This document shows positions 13,666 through 21,924 of a stretch of 64,000 nucleotides of DNA, piece by piece. Position numbers and translations under genes: made by a program. The DNA is from an uncultured Pseudomonadota bacterium (lineage in GTDB: Bacteria; Myxococcota_A; Polyangia; Fen-1088): assembly GCA_963774325.1 (NCBI GenBank), contig CAVZEF010000005.1, positions 197,767 to 261,766 of the forward strand, in the 5' to 3' direction. The notes under the pieces were generated by a model. That model was not told the DNA's origin and searched no databases. It saw only the letters and a program-made list of their open reading frames with translations. The first letter of the stretch is position 1; each line of letters opens with the position of its first letter.

Positions 13666-14543
13666 AGGACGCACCTCACGTGAAACGATTCGCTGAGCCG
13701 CCCGTAAAGTCCGCTGCCGCGATCGAAGCGCACGTACCAGGCTAGCTCGTTCCCGTTGGCAAAGGTCGACGACGTCCAGAATGCGTCGGGGGGCGACCCG
13801 GGAAACGCGGCGCGATCGAGCATGGGCGCGCTGGCGTGCTCGTCGACGAGCGTGAGCAGCTCGCTCAACGTCGGGACGCGCCAGCGCTCGCTGCCGCCCG
13901 GCCGCAGGCCATCGCAATGCGCTCGCGCCGCTGCGAACGACAGGGCTTCGCTCGTCGGTGCGCGCTCCCAGCGAAGGCCGGTGGCGACGTCACGAACCTC
14001 GCGCGCCTGGATCTCGTAACGGTCGGTGACATTGTGCGGCGGCTGCGTGGCGCGGACGCAACGGACGGAGAAAGCGTTGCTGACATCGTCGGTCCGGGGA
14101 TAGCCAAAATAGAAATAGACGTACCAGGCGGCGCTGGAATCGCCGGCGTCGCGCGACGACGTCCAGAACCAATCGCTCGGCGTGCCGGGGAAGGCATCGA
14201 CGTCGATCGCCGGCTGTGTGCGCGTGCTGTCGAGCAGTGACACGAGCTCGATGCGCGACGGCAGCCGCCAATCGTGGTGGCCGGCCAGGGTGAGGTCGGC
14301 GCACTGCTGCTGCGCCTTCGGCCAGGTCAGCAGCGTGTTCGAGAGGCCGCGTTGCCACATCAACCCGGTGATCCGGTCGGTGACCACGCCCGGCATGGTG
14401 ACATCGTAGTCGTGCGGGTTGGGCAAGCCGGGCAAGTGAGCGTTGGGCATCGGCCAGCCCGCCCAGGCTTCCACGGCCGGCGATGACGGCGCCGGCCGGC
14501 ACCCGGTGGCGAGGCCGAGCACGATGATCCAGTCGAGACGCAT
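13662..14543 (-). CDS. lipoprotein with two DUF1566 (Lcl C-terminal, C-type-lectin-like) domains
   Basis: The start was moved to ATG 14543 (MRLDWIIVLGLATGC). There are two copies of the pattern TGLMWQR..DWRLPSRIELVSLLD..FWTSS..AWYV..VRCV. Confidence 0.7.
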   Translation of the reverse strand: MRLDWIIVLGLATGCRPAPSSPAVEAWAGWPMPNAHLPGLPNPHDYDVTMPGVVTDRITGLMWQRGLSNTLLTWPKAQQQCADLTLAGHHDWRLPSRIELVSLLDSTRTQPAIDVDAFPGTPSDWFWTSSRDAGDSSAAWYVYFYFGYPRTDDVSNAFSVRCVRATQPPHNVTDRYEIQAREVRDVATGLRWERAPTSEALSFAAARAHCDGLRPGGSERWRVPTLSELLTLVDEHASAPMLDRAAFPGSPPDAFWTSSTFANGNELAWYVRFDRGSGLYGRLSESFHVRCVL

Positions 14544-14566
14544 GCGCGCGAGCCGCAATCGCCGGC

Positions 14567-16366
14567 TCAGAGCGCTTCGCCCGCGGAGGGGCGCCGATAC
14601 ATGAACGCCTTCGACGTGACCAGCGATGTCAAGAGATCGCGCACCGAGAACCCCGCCGTCGCGGCCGCCTTCTGGTAGGCGACCGACATCGAACCGGCGT
14701 CGTCCGTGGTCTCGGGCCGTCCCATCATGAAGCGAGTCCACTGGCGGTCGATGCAGCTCTGGGCTTCGGTGTTCCTGGCGAGTTGCTTGAACAGATCGAG
14801 CGCGTTCTGAAAGGTGATCGAAGCGTTGCCGGGCGTGACCAGCGTGCCGGTCGAATCGACGGGCTGGCCGGCGTCCATGGTTCGGTAGGCGCCGATGCCG
14901 TCGTAGCTCTCGAACGCGAAGCCCGGCGGGTCGAACAGCGAGTGGCATCCCGCGGCGCACGCCGAGCTGCCGTGGGCGTCATACGATTGCCGGGTCGTTC
15001 CGTTGGCCTTGAACGTGACTGCCGGTACGTTGGCGGGCGGCGAGCCGATCGTTCCACACAGCACCTTGAGGTAGACCGACAGCCCGCGGTACACCGGATT
15101 GTCGGCGCCGTCGCTGGCCAGCGTCGCCAGGAAGGCGGTCTGCGTGAAGATGCCGCCGCGCTGGGTGGGGTCGAGCGCGACCTTGGCAAAACCCGTCGCC
15201 GGGCCGGCCACGCCGTAGATGGCGCCGAGATCGTGGTTGATGAACGAGTAGGGCGCGGTGAAGAGCGACTGCAGCGTTCCGTCGCCCGCGTAGACCGACG
15301 TGATGAACTGCGTGAACTCCTGCTGGACTCCCTGCGCCGCGGCGGTGGTGAAGAGCGGGTTCGACTTGGTCAGCAGTTGCGTGAGATCGCGGCCCTGGCT
15401 GCCGAAATTGAACAGCCACTGCGCGTGAAAGCTGAAGAGCCCGCTCGCGGCGCGCGGATCCGCCAGCATGCGCGTCGCCTGCGTCGAGACGTCGGCGACG
15501 GTGGACAGCTTTCCCGCCTGCGCCGCCTGCAGCAGGGTGTCGTCCGGCGTCGTCTGCCAGATCGACGACGCCAGCCGCGAAGCCATCTGCCACGGCGTCA
15601 GTGGAACCAGACCGTCCGCTCCCGCGACCGGTTTGGTCGGACCGATCTCCCAGTGGTAAAGGAAGTTGGGTGACTGGATCATCCCCTTGGTGACCGCGCC
15701 CAGGGAGTCGTTGAAGGAGAGCCCCAGGCCGCGCACCTTGGTGAACAGCGCGAGCAGATCGGTCTCCTCGTCGCCCGAGATCGGCCGGCGGTACGCCTGC
15801 AATCCAAACGTGGTGATGAATTGCGTCGCGCACGTCGTCTCTGCGGCGGACGTCGTCGGCGCGGGGCGGCAGGGGAGCGCGAGCTTGCCCGCGGGTTTGC
15901 CCGCCGCCAGCGCCTTGAAGGCGGTGTCCACGACCGCGTCGGCGGTCTGGTTGTAGAGATCGACCTGCAGATCGGCGACGCTGGTCGGCGCGACGTAGCC
16001 CACGGCGTTGGGCGCGTCCGGCGACCAGGCGTTGCCACCCTCGGCCGGGGCCGTGGCGTCACCGACGAGATCCGCGAGCATGTGATCGTACTCGGCGTAG
16101 GTGAGGCGTCGCATCACCAGCGTGCCGGCGCTCTCGGCCGGCGGTGTCCCCGTGGTGGTGATCGGAACCGCGGGCGCCCCGGTCCCCGTGGTCGCGCCGC
16201 CGCCACCGCCGCTGCCGCTGTTGTTGCCGGCCGATCCCGGCGCGTTGCCGCCACCGTTGCCAGCGCCAACGGGCCCGATCTGCCCATTGCAGCTCGCGAT
16301 GACCACCGCCGACGACAACACGCACGCAATCATCCGGGGCGAACGCGACGATGTGAGACCTCTCAT
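14567..16366 (-). CDS. DUF1592/DUF1588/DUF1585-family protein (partner of DUF1552), Cys-His motif protein
   Basis: Intact 599-aa ORF with a signal peptide and Gly-rich linker. The C-terminal motif SACAAGCHSLFDPPGFAFESYDGIGAYR is typical of the DUF1588/DUF1585 region. It lies directly downstream of a DUF1552 gene. Confidence 0.65.
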   Translation of the reverse strand: MRGLTSSRSPRMIACVLSSAVVIASCNGQIGPVGAGNGGGNAPGSAGNNSGSGGGGGATTGTGAPAVPITTTGTPPAESAGTLVMRRLTYAEYDHMLADLVGDATAPAEGGNAWSPDAPNAVGYVAPTSVADLQVDLYNQTADAVVDTAFKALAAGKPAGKLALPCRPAPTTSAAETTCATQFITTFGLQAYRRPISGDEETDLLALFTKVRGLGLSFNDSLGAVTKGMIQSPNFLYHWEIGPTKPVAGADGLVPLTPWQMASRLASSIWQTTPDDTLLQAAQAGKLSTVADVSTQATRMLADPRAASGLFSFHAQWLFNFGSQGRDLTQLLTKSNPLFTTAAAQGVQQEFTQFITSVYAGDGTLQSLFTAPYSFINHDLGAIYGVAGPATGFAKVALDPTQRGGIFTQTAFLATLASDGADNPVYRGLSVYLKVLCGTIGSPPANVPAVTFKANGTTRQSYDAHGSSACAAGCHSLFDPPGFAFESYDGIGAYRTMDAGQPVDSTGTLVTPGNASITFQNALDLFKQLARNTEAQSCIDRQWTRFMMGRPETTDDAGSMSVAYQKAAATAGFSVRDLLTSLVTSKAFMYRRPSAGEAL

Positions 16367-16406
16367 TGATAATCTCCCGCTGTTCTGATTGTCGTCACGT
16401 GTGCGC

Positions 16407-17879
16407 TCAGCCTTTGAGGGCGGTCAGCTCGCCGCCGTAGGACGTCTCGCCGAAGGTGCTCACGGGCGTGTCCATCGCGTTGCACAGCGCCACGAGCAGG
16501 CCGTTGTTCGGCGTGCCCGCGGGCAACGCCAGGCTGCGGCCGGTCTTGAAGTAGCCGCCGCAGCTTCCCGCCATGACCACGGGCACGCCGGTGGTCTCGT
16601 GGGTGCCGCTGCGCATGCTGTTCATGCCGACCACGACGCTGTTGTCGAGCATCGATTTCCCGGTACCGTCGGTGATGCTCTTGAGCTGGCCCACGACGTA
16701 GGCGATCTGCGACTGGAACCAGGTGTCGCATTGAACCTTGCGCATGGTGTTCTCGTGCGCGATGGCGTGAAATCCGTTGGCGTCGCCGGTGTTGGGATCC
16801 GATGCCAGCGGGCCGCCCTTGGCGAATCCCAGCCAGCTCATGACCAGGTTGGCCGCGCCCTGATCGGAGATCTGCATCACCGCGACGCGCGTGAGATCGG
16901 CCGCGAAGGCCGCCACCGCGAGATCCATGTGCAGCTTGGTGATGGCCGGAACGTTGCCGACTGCGGTGGGCGTGGGCTCGCCGGCGGTGCTGGGGACGTT
17001 GCAGGCAGCGTCACCGGTGGCGGTCGAGATGGGACCGCCGCCGTCGACCGCCGTCGCGGGTCCGGTCGTGCCCATGTTCTGCAGCCGCATCTCGATCTCG
17101 CGAACCGAGGTCAAATGCGCCTCGATGCTCTTCTTGTCGTCGCTGCCGACGACGTTCGAGAAGCGGTTGATGTCGGCGATCACGTAGTCGAGGATGCTCT
17201 TGCGGATGGCGATGGTGTTGTCCACCGGCGGCGGCGTATTCGTCCCGGCGTCGACCGGCGTTGTCGTGGGCGGCGTCGTCGTGGGAAGCGCGCCCTTGAA
17301 GTAGAGATTGAAGACGCTGGCCGGATCCGGGTTCGGCAGCACCACCTGACCGGCCGCCTTCCACGACAGGTGGCCCGTGCTGATCACGTACGTTCCCTGG
17401 TTCAGGCTGACGAGACCCTTGTAGCCGCCGGCCTGCAGCTTGTTACCGATGTACTGGTCGACGGAGATGCCACCCGCGAGATCGGAGCTCGTGCCCGACG
17501 AGAGCAGTTGATAGAAGGCGCCGGTGAGCATGCCGGGGAAGCAGGCGTGGCCGGTCCGTTCGCCCGACCCGGGCATGTCGCGGATGTACTTGTAGTCGAT
17601 GCCCTTGAGCAGCAGCAGATCGTTCACGTAGGGCTTGAGGGCGTCCTGAAAGCCCATCGAGCCGAGCGACCAGCCGGCCGGCGTGGTGCCCGCGGTTGCC
17701 CAGTTGTTGATGCTGCTCAGCATCCCGTTGGTCCAGGCCAGGATGTAGAGCCGCTTGATGCCGCCGACGTAACAGGCAGCGTCGGAACGATCGGAGTGGA
17801 GCATTGGCAACAGAGCCGCGCCCGCTCCAATGGATTTGAGCAAGAGGCGGCGCGAGAACCGTCGATCACGCTTCATCAT
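16407..17879 (-). CDS. DUF1552 domain protein with twin-arginine signal
   Basis: Start at ATG 17879 (MMKRDRRFSRRLLLKSIGAGAALLPML). The length, Tat signal and pairing with a DUF1592-family gene match the DUF1552 family as I remember it. Confidence 0.65.
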   Translation of the reverse strand: MMKRDRRFSRRLLLKSIGAGAALLPMLHSDRSDAACYVGGIKRLYILAWTNGMLSSINNWATAGTTPAGWSLGSMGFQDALKPYVNDLLLLKGIDYKYIRDMPGSGERTGHACFPGMLTGAFYQLLSSGTSSDLAGGISVDQYIGNKLQAGGYKGLVSLNQGTYVISTGHLSWKAAGQVVLPNPDPASVFNLYFKGALPTTTPPTTTPVDAGTNTPPPVDNTIAIRKSILDYVIADINRFSNVVGSDDKKSIEAHLTSVREIEMRLQNMGTTGPATAVDGGGPISTATGDAACNVPSTAGEPTPTAVGNVPAITKLHMDLAVAAFAADLTRVAVMQISDQGAANLVMSWLGFAKGGPLASDPNTGDANGFHAIAHENTMRKVQCDTWFQSQIAYVVGQLKSITDGTGKSMLDNSVVVGMNSMRSGTHETTGVPVVMAGSCGGYFKTGRSLALPAGTPNNGLLVALCNAMDTPVSTFGETSYGGELTALKG

Positions 17880-17984
17880 TTGTCCCCGGTGGAGAAAGGG
17901 AGGGACAGCGCCAATGTGGTGCATCGATTGTCTAACTCACGCCGATCTGGACTTTTGCGTCTGCGCGCGGCCAGACTGCGCGGC

Positions 17985-18998
17985 GTGCAATTCACCGGTG
18001 GCGCGCGATTCAAACCAGCAGTCGCCGCATTGATGGGGCTCGCCGGTTGTCAGGACGCACACGCCCCTGGGCTCACCGCGGCGAGCTGCGCGCCGGGCGG
18101 CCCGGGCACCAGCCGCTGCGGCGCCGGCGACACCTGTTGCGTGAGCCCGCTCATCCCCGGCGGAGCCTATGATCGGACGTACGTGAACGACGGCGGCGGC
18201 GCGACCGATGCGGCCGATCCCGCGTCGGTGAGCGCCTTTCGCCTCGATCGCTACCTCATCACCGTCGGGCGCTTTCGGCAGTTCGTTGCCGCCAGCGTCG
18301 CTGGCTGGGTTCCACCGGCGGGCGCGGGCAAGCACGCGCACGTGAACCAGGGCAGCGGGCTCGCGAACGGCGCCGGCGCCGGCCACGAACCCGGGTGGAG
18401 CGCCGGCGACGACATCGAGCTGGCGACGACCACGGAAGATTGGTCCGCGCGTCTCGGCTGCGAGCCGTCATTTCAAACCTGGACCGACGGCGTCGGGCCC
18501 AACGAGGCGCTGCCGATGAACTGCCTCGACTGGTTCGAGGCCTACGCCTTCTGCATCTGGGACGGCGGGTTCCTGCCCAGCGAAGCCGAGTGGGAATACG
18601 CGGCCGCCGGCGGCAGCGAGCTGCGCGCGCACCCGTGGGGCGCGACCGATCCGCGCGGCAGCAGCGCTTATGCGATCTCGGGATGCAACTATCCACCCGG
18701 CTCCGACGCCTGCGTGGGCACGGCGAACCTGGCGCCCGTCGGCACCGCCACGCTGGGCGCCGGACGCTGGACGCAGCTCGATCTCGCGGGCGACCTGGCC
18801 GAGTGGACGCTCGACTGGTTCGCCCCTTACGCCAACCCCTGCACCGACTGCGCGAACCTGACCGACTTCTCGTACCGCGTCCTTCGCGGCGGATCGTTCG
18901 GCACCGACACCGACGACACCTTGCCGATGGCGCGCGACGGCGACGTTCCCGCGGCGCGCAACGCCTTCTACGGCGCCCGCTGCGCGCGGTCGCCGTGA
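17985..18998 (+). CDS. lipoprotein, formylglycine-generating enzyme (SUMF1/FGE-sulfatase) family domain
   Basis: The C-terminal third of the long ORF 16389-18998. GTG 17985 gives signal plus lipobox (..PAVAALMGLAGC). FGE-family motifs are RLDRYLITVGRFRQFV, NCLDWFEAYAFCIWDGGFLPSEAEWEYAAAGG and RVLRGGSF. Confidence 0.75.
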   Translation: MQFTGGARFKPAVAALMGLAGCQDAHAPGLTAASCAPGGPGTSRCGAGDTCCVSPLIPGGAYDRTYVNDGGGATDAADPASVSAFRLDRYLITVGRFRQFVAASVAGWVPPAGAGKHAHVNQGSGLANGAGAGHEPGWSAGDDIELATTTEDWSARLGCEPSFQTWTDGVGPNEALPMNCLDWFEAYAFCIWDGGFLPSEAEWEYAAAGGSELRAHPWGATDPRGSSAYAISGCNYPPGSDACVGTANLAPVGTATLGAGRWTQLDLAGDLAEWTLDWFAPYANPCTDCANLTDFSYRVLRGGSFGTDTDDTLPMARDGDVPAARNAFYGARCARSP

Positions 18999-19110
18999 GA
19001 GGGCCGAGGGTCGAGGCCGCTCATCCGCGGGCTCGCCTGGTGACCGCCCCTTGCCGGTTTCATGGGCCGCCGGTATCCGGTATACCTTGCGGTGCCGCAC
19101 TAGTTGTTCC

Positions 19111-19193
19111 GGAGGAGTGGCCGAGTGGTTTAAGGCAACGGTCTTGAAAACCGTCGCGCGAAAGCGCCGGGGGTTCGAATCCCTCCTCCTCCT
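19111..19193 (+). tRNA. tRNA-Ser (anticodon UGA)
   Basis: Acceptor GGAGGAG/CTCCTCC, anticodon arm ACGGT-CTTGAAA-ACCGT, long variable arm GCGC-GAAA-GCGC, T-arm GGGGG-TTCGAAT-CCCTC. CCA is not encoded. Confidence 0.9.
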
Positions 19194-19264
19194 CCTCAAA
19201 ATAAGATCATTGGAAATCGGGCGAGGTGGCCTGGCCGATCGGCGCGAGAACGAGGTGGTAGCCT

Positions 19265-20014
19265 GTGCCGATGAAAGGGTGGCGCGCGGTTGCGGCCGAG
19301 GCAATGGTGGGACTCGGAGCCATACTTGCCGCGGGGACCGGCTGCGGGAACGGCGTGGCGGCCTGTCACGACGATTGGCCCCCCGCCGGGGCCCAATTCG
19401 TCGAGGGTGGGGCGTCCTGCACGCTGCCCGGTGGTCGCGCCGGCGTGGGGATGGGCGACTACGGATGCGTGGACCCGACCGTGTGCCATTGCAAGCCCGA
19501 GGCGGGCTCGGCTACGTGCGCCGCGGGCGCCGTGTGCGTCTACGCCGCGTGCAGCGGAGCGAACGAGGGTGCGGCCTGCACGTTCGCCGGCGGCGCGCGA
19601 GGCACCTGCTGTAGGGGCGCGTGTAGCGCGGTCGACCTGCTCGTCGATCCATCCGACTGCGGTGGCTGCGGCAACGTCTGCCCCGTCGGAGTGACCTGCA
19701 ACGGCGCCTGCGCCATTCCCGCCGGCGCCACTCCCGTCTGCCCTTCCGGCCTGGCCGCGGCGCCCGCTACGTGCGTGAACTCCTCCTGCGTCGCCTGCGT
19801 GGCCGCGAGCTGTGCCGGGCTTCTCGACGGCGCCCCGTGTGCCGTGGAGGTGGACGCCGGCCGGGCCGACCAGCTAGCCGGGCTTTGCTGCCACGGCGCA
19901 TGCGTGCTCTGGTACGGCGACGATCAGAACTGCGGCGGTTGCGGCGTGACTTGCTGCCCAGGAACCCACTGCCAGCGTGCCGGTGACTTCAGCATCGCAG
20001 CCATCTGTTTCTGA
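19265..20014 (+). CDS. cysteine-rich lipoprotein with two CC-x-GAC ... D-x-x-(D/N)-CGGCG-x-x-C modules
   Basis: Intact 249-aa ORF with lipobox LAAGTGCG and more than 30 Cys. Repeated modules are GTCCRGACSAVDLLVDPSDCGGCGNVCPVGVTC and GLCCHGACVLWYGDDQNCGGCGVTCCPGTHC. Confidence 0.55.
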   Translation: MPMKGWRAVAAEAMVGLGAILAAGTGCGNGVAACHDDWPPAGAQFVEGGASCTLPGGRAGVGMGDYGCVDPTVCHCKPEAGSATCAAGAVCVYAACSGANEGAACTFAGGARGTCCRGACSAVDLLVDPSDCGGCGNVCPVGVTCNGACAIPAGATPVCPSGLAAAPATCVNSSCVACVAASCAGLLDGAPCAVEVDAGRADQLAGLCCHGACVLWYGDDQNCGGCGVTCCPGTHCQRAGDFSIAAICF

Positions 20015-20190
20015 GGCACCGGGTCAGTTCAGAGTCAGTTCCGGCCCAGGTTCCATTTTTCCAAGTCACTGGCCGCTCGCCGATCAATAGATCGGGCATG
20101 AACGTTCTCCGCCGGCAGGGAGTGAGGCTGGTCGTCGCGCTCCTCATGCTCGGCTGGCTGGGCGATTGTCGACGAGAGAGGAAGACGAAC

Positions 20191-20628
20191 ATGACCGACG
20201 AGGTCGAGCTGCGGGAAGTCGAGCACATCAGCGTTTCCATCGATCGCGTCCCCGCCGACGTCTACGCGTTCGCGTCGAATCCCATGAACGCCCCCAGATG
20301 GGCGAAGGGGCTGGCGGGAACCATCACGAACGTCGGCGGTGCCTGGATCGCCGATTCACCCATGGGACAGGTGAAGGTCAGCTTTGCAGACCGAAACGAG
20401 CTGGGCGTGCTGGACCACGACGTGACCCTCCCGTCGGGCGTCACCATCCACAATCCGCTGCGCGTGATGCCGAATGGCCGCGGAAGCGAGGTAGTTTTTT
20501 CGTTGTTTCGTCAACCTGGCATCTCCGACGCGAAATTCGCCGAGGATGCCGGCGCCGTGAGGAGGGACCTCGCCTCGCTCAAGCAGGTGCTGGAAGGGAT
20601 GGCGGCGCAGCCGCCGAGCCGCCCGTAG
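20191..20628 (+). CDS. SRPBCC (START/polyketide-cyclase-like) superfamily protein
   Basis: GAGAGGAAG lies upstream of ATG 20191. The 145-aa product (..VSIDRVPADVYAFASNPMNAPRWAKGL..) looks like small SRPBCC proteins. The ORF formally opens at 20098. Confidence 0.45.
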   Translation: MTDEVELREVEHISVSIDRVPADVYAFASNPMNAPRWAKGLAGTITNVGGAWIADSPMGQVKVSFADRNELGVLDHDVTLPSGVTIHNPLRVMPNGRGSEVVFSLFRQPGISDAKFAEDAGAVRRDLASLKQVLEGMAAQPPSRP

Positions 20629-20643
20629 CCGCGATCGGTTGCT

Positions 20644-21582
20644 ATGCTTCACCTCGTGAAGTTCGACGATTCGGACAGAGCAGACTCATCGGAGGTCGAG
20701 GATCGCCGCGGCGCGCGCTTCCCCGGCGGTCGCGTCGGCGCCGGGGTCGGCGGCCTGGGCCTGGTGGGGGGCGCCGTCTACTTGGTCCTTCAGGTGCTCG
20801 CCAGCGGCGGAAACCAGACCGCGGGCGAGCTGACCCACGTGATCGACCAGGCCCGACAAGGGCAGGGCCAGGGCGTCGAGCAGCCGGACCCGCGGCAGCT
20901 TCCCGCGGGGCCGTCGGGCAGTTGCCGTGGCGTCGATTCGGTCAACGATCCGGCGAAGTTCGTCGTGTGCGTCGAGACCAACGTCCAGTCGTTCTGGCGG
21001 CGGCGCTTGCCCGAGGCCGGCGCTTCTTATCACCCGTCGAAGCTGGTGCTGTTCACCGACTCGACGCCCAGCGGCTGCGGCATGGCCAGCGCGCAGACCG
21101 GCCCCTTCTACTGCCCGCCCGACGAGAAGGTCTACCTGGACCTGGGCTTCTTCCGCGAGCTGCAGCAGCGGTTCCACGCGCGCGGCGGCGACTTCGCGGA
21201 GGCGTACGTGGTCGCGCACGAGTACGGCCACCACGTGCAGGACCTGCTCGGCACCGAGCGCCGCATGCGGGCGATGCAGCAGGCGCGGCCCGATCAGCGC
21301 GGCGCGCTGTCGGTGCGCCTCGAGCTGCAGGCCGATTGCTACGCGGGCGTATGGGGGCACGCGGCCTACGAGGCGGGCAAGGTCAGCCACCAGGAGATCG
21401 CCGACGCGCTCGACGCTGCCGCGGCCGTCGGCGACGACCGCATCCAGAAAGAGGTGACGGGTCGGGTGCGCCCCGAGACCTTCACCCACGGCTCGGCGGC
21501 GGCGCGCCAGAAGTGGTTCACGACCGGCATGGAGACCGGCGATCCCGGCGCCTGCGACACCTTCGGGGCCCAGCGGCTCTGA
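20644..21582 (+). CDS. ypfJ: YpfJ-family neutral zinc metallopeptidase
   Basis: N-terminal ..SSEVEDRRG followed by a TM segment. Family-typical motifs are [18 protein letters not shown], the zinc site [29 protein letters not shown] and [13 protein letters not shown]. Confidence 0.85.
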   Translation: MLHLVKFDDSDRADSSEVEDRRGARFPGGRVGAGVGGLGLVGGAVYLVLQVLASGGNQTAGELTHVIDQARQGQGQGVEQPDPRQLPAGPSGSCRGVDSVNDPAKFVVCVETNVQSFWRRRLPEAGASYHPSKLVLFTDSTPSGCGMASAQTGPFYCPPDEKVYLDLGFFRELQQRFHARGGDFAEAYVVAHEYGHHVQDLLGTERRMRAMQQARPDQRGALSVRLELQADCYAGVWGHAAYEAGKVSHQEIADALDAAAAVGDDRIQKEVTGRVRPETFTHGSAAARQKWFTTGMETGDPGACDTFGAQRL

Positions 21583-21650
21583 CCTCTTGCGGGAGACGAA
21601 GCCGCACTCGCGGACGCGCCGAGAATCTGTTAAAACGACGCCCGTAGTTT

Positions 21651-21741
21651 GGAGAGGTGGCCGAGAGGCCGAAGGCGGCGGTTTGCTAAACCGTTATACG
21701 GCCCAAAAGCTGTATCGGGAGTTCGAATCTCCCCCTCTCCG
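21651..21741 (+). tRNA. tRNA-Ser (anticodon GCU)
   Basis: Acceptor GGAGAGG/CCTCTCC, anticodon arm GCGGT-TTGCTAA-ACCGT, long variable arm, T-arm GGGAG-TTCGAAT-CTCCC, discriminator G. Confidence 0.9.
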
Positions 21742-21745
21742 CTGA

Positions 21746-21785
21746 CGCTCGCGGGAGAAGTCTTTCCGGCTCGCTCCCGCGAGCG
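21746..21785 (+). terminator. 12-bp perfect stem-loop between the two tRNA genes
   Basis: CGCTCGCGGGAG (21746-21757) pairs with CTCCCGCGAGCG (21774-21785) around a 16-nt loop. A possible TTGACG-N17-CATACG promoter follows at 21804-21832, ahead of tRNA-Arg. Confidence 0.5.
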
Positions 21786-21845
21786 TGACGGCTGCGTAAA
21801 CTCTTGACGGGGTCTCGCGGTCACGGCATACGTACGCAGCAACAA

Positions 21846-21919
21846 GCGGCCATAGCTCAGCTGGATAGAGCATCGGTCTACGGAACCGAGGGTCGGGAGT
21901 TCGAATCTCTCTGGCCGCG
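21846..21919 (+). tRNA. tRNA-Arg (anticodon ACG)
   Basis: Acceptor GCGGCCA/TGGCCGC, D-arm TAGCTCAGCTGGATAGAGC, anticodon loop CT-ACG-GA, T-arm GGGAG-TTCGAAT-CTCTC. Confidence 0.9.
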
Positions 21920-21924
21920 CCCTC

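Noticed and set aside
16389-17984. The first 1.6 kb of the 869-aa plus-strand ORF 16389-18998.
   Set aside because: It is antisense to the well-supported DUF1552 gene, has an Arg/Gly/Ala-rich nonsense-like composition, and only the last 337 codons show a real (FGE) domain. It is a shadow ORF of high-GC DNA.
13662-18998. A diversity-generating retroelement, since DUF1566 and FGE folds are classic DGR targets.
   Set aside because: The window contains no reverse transcriptase gene. I found no second copy (template repeat) of the C-terminal coding regions of either gene.
19111-21919. A genomic island bounded by tRNA-Ser(UGA) and tRNA-Ser(GCU)/tRNA-Arg.
   Set aside because: There is no integrase, no direct repeat of a tRNA 3' end and no compositional shift. 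The three enclosed genes look like ordinary chromosomal genes.
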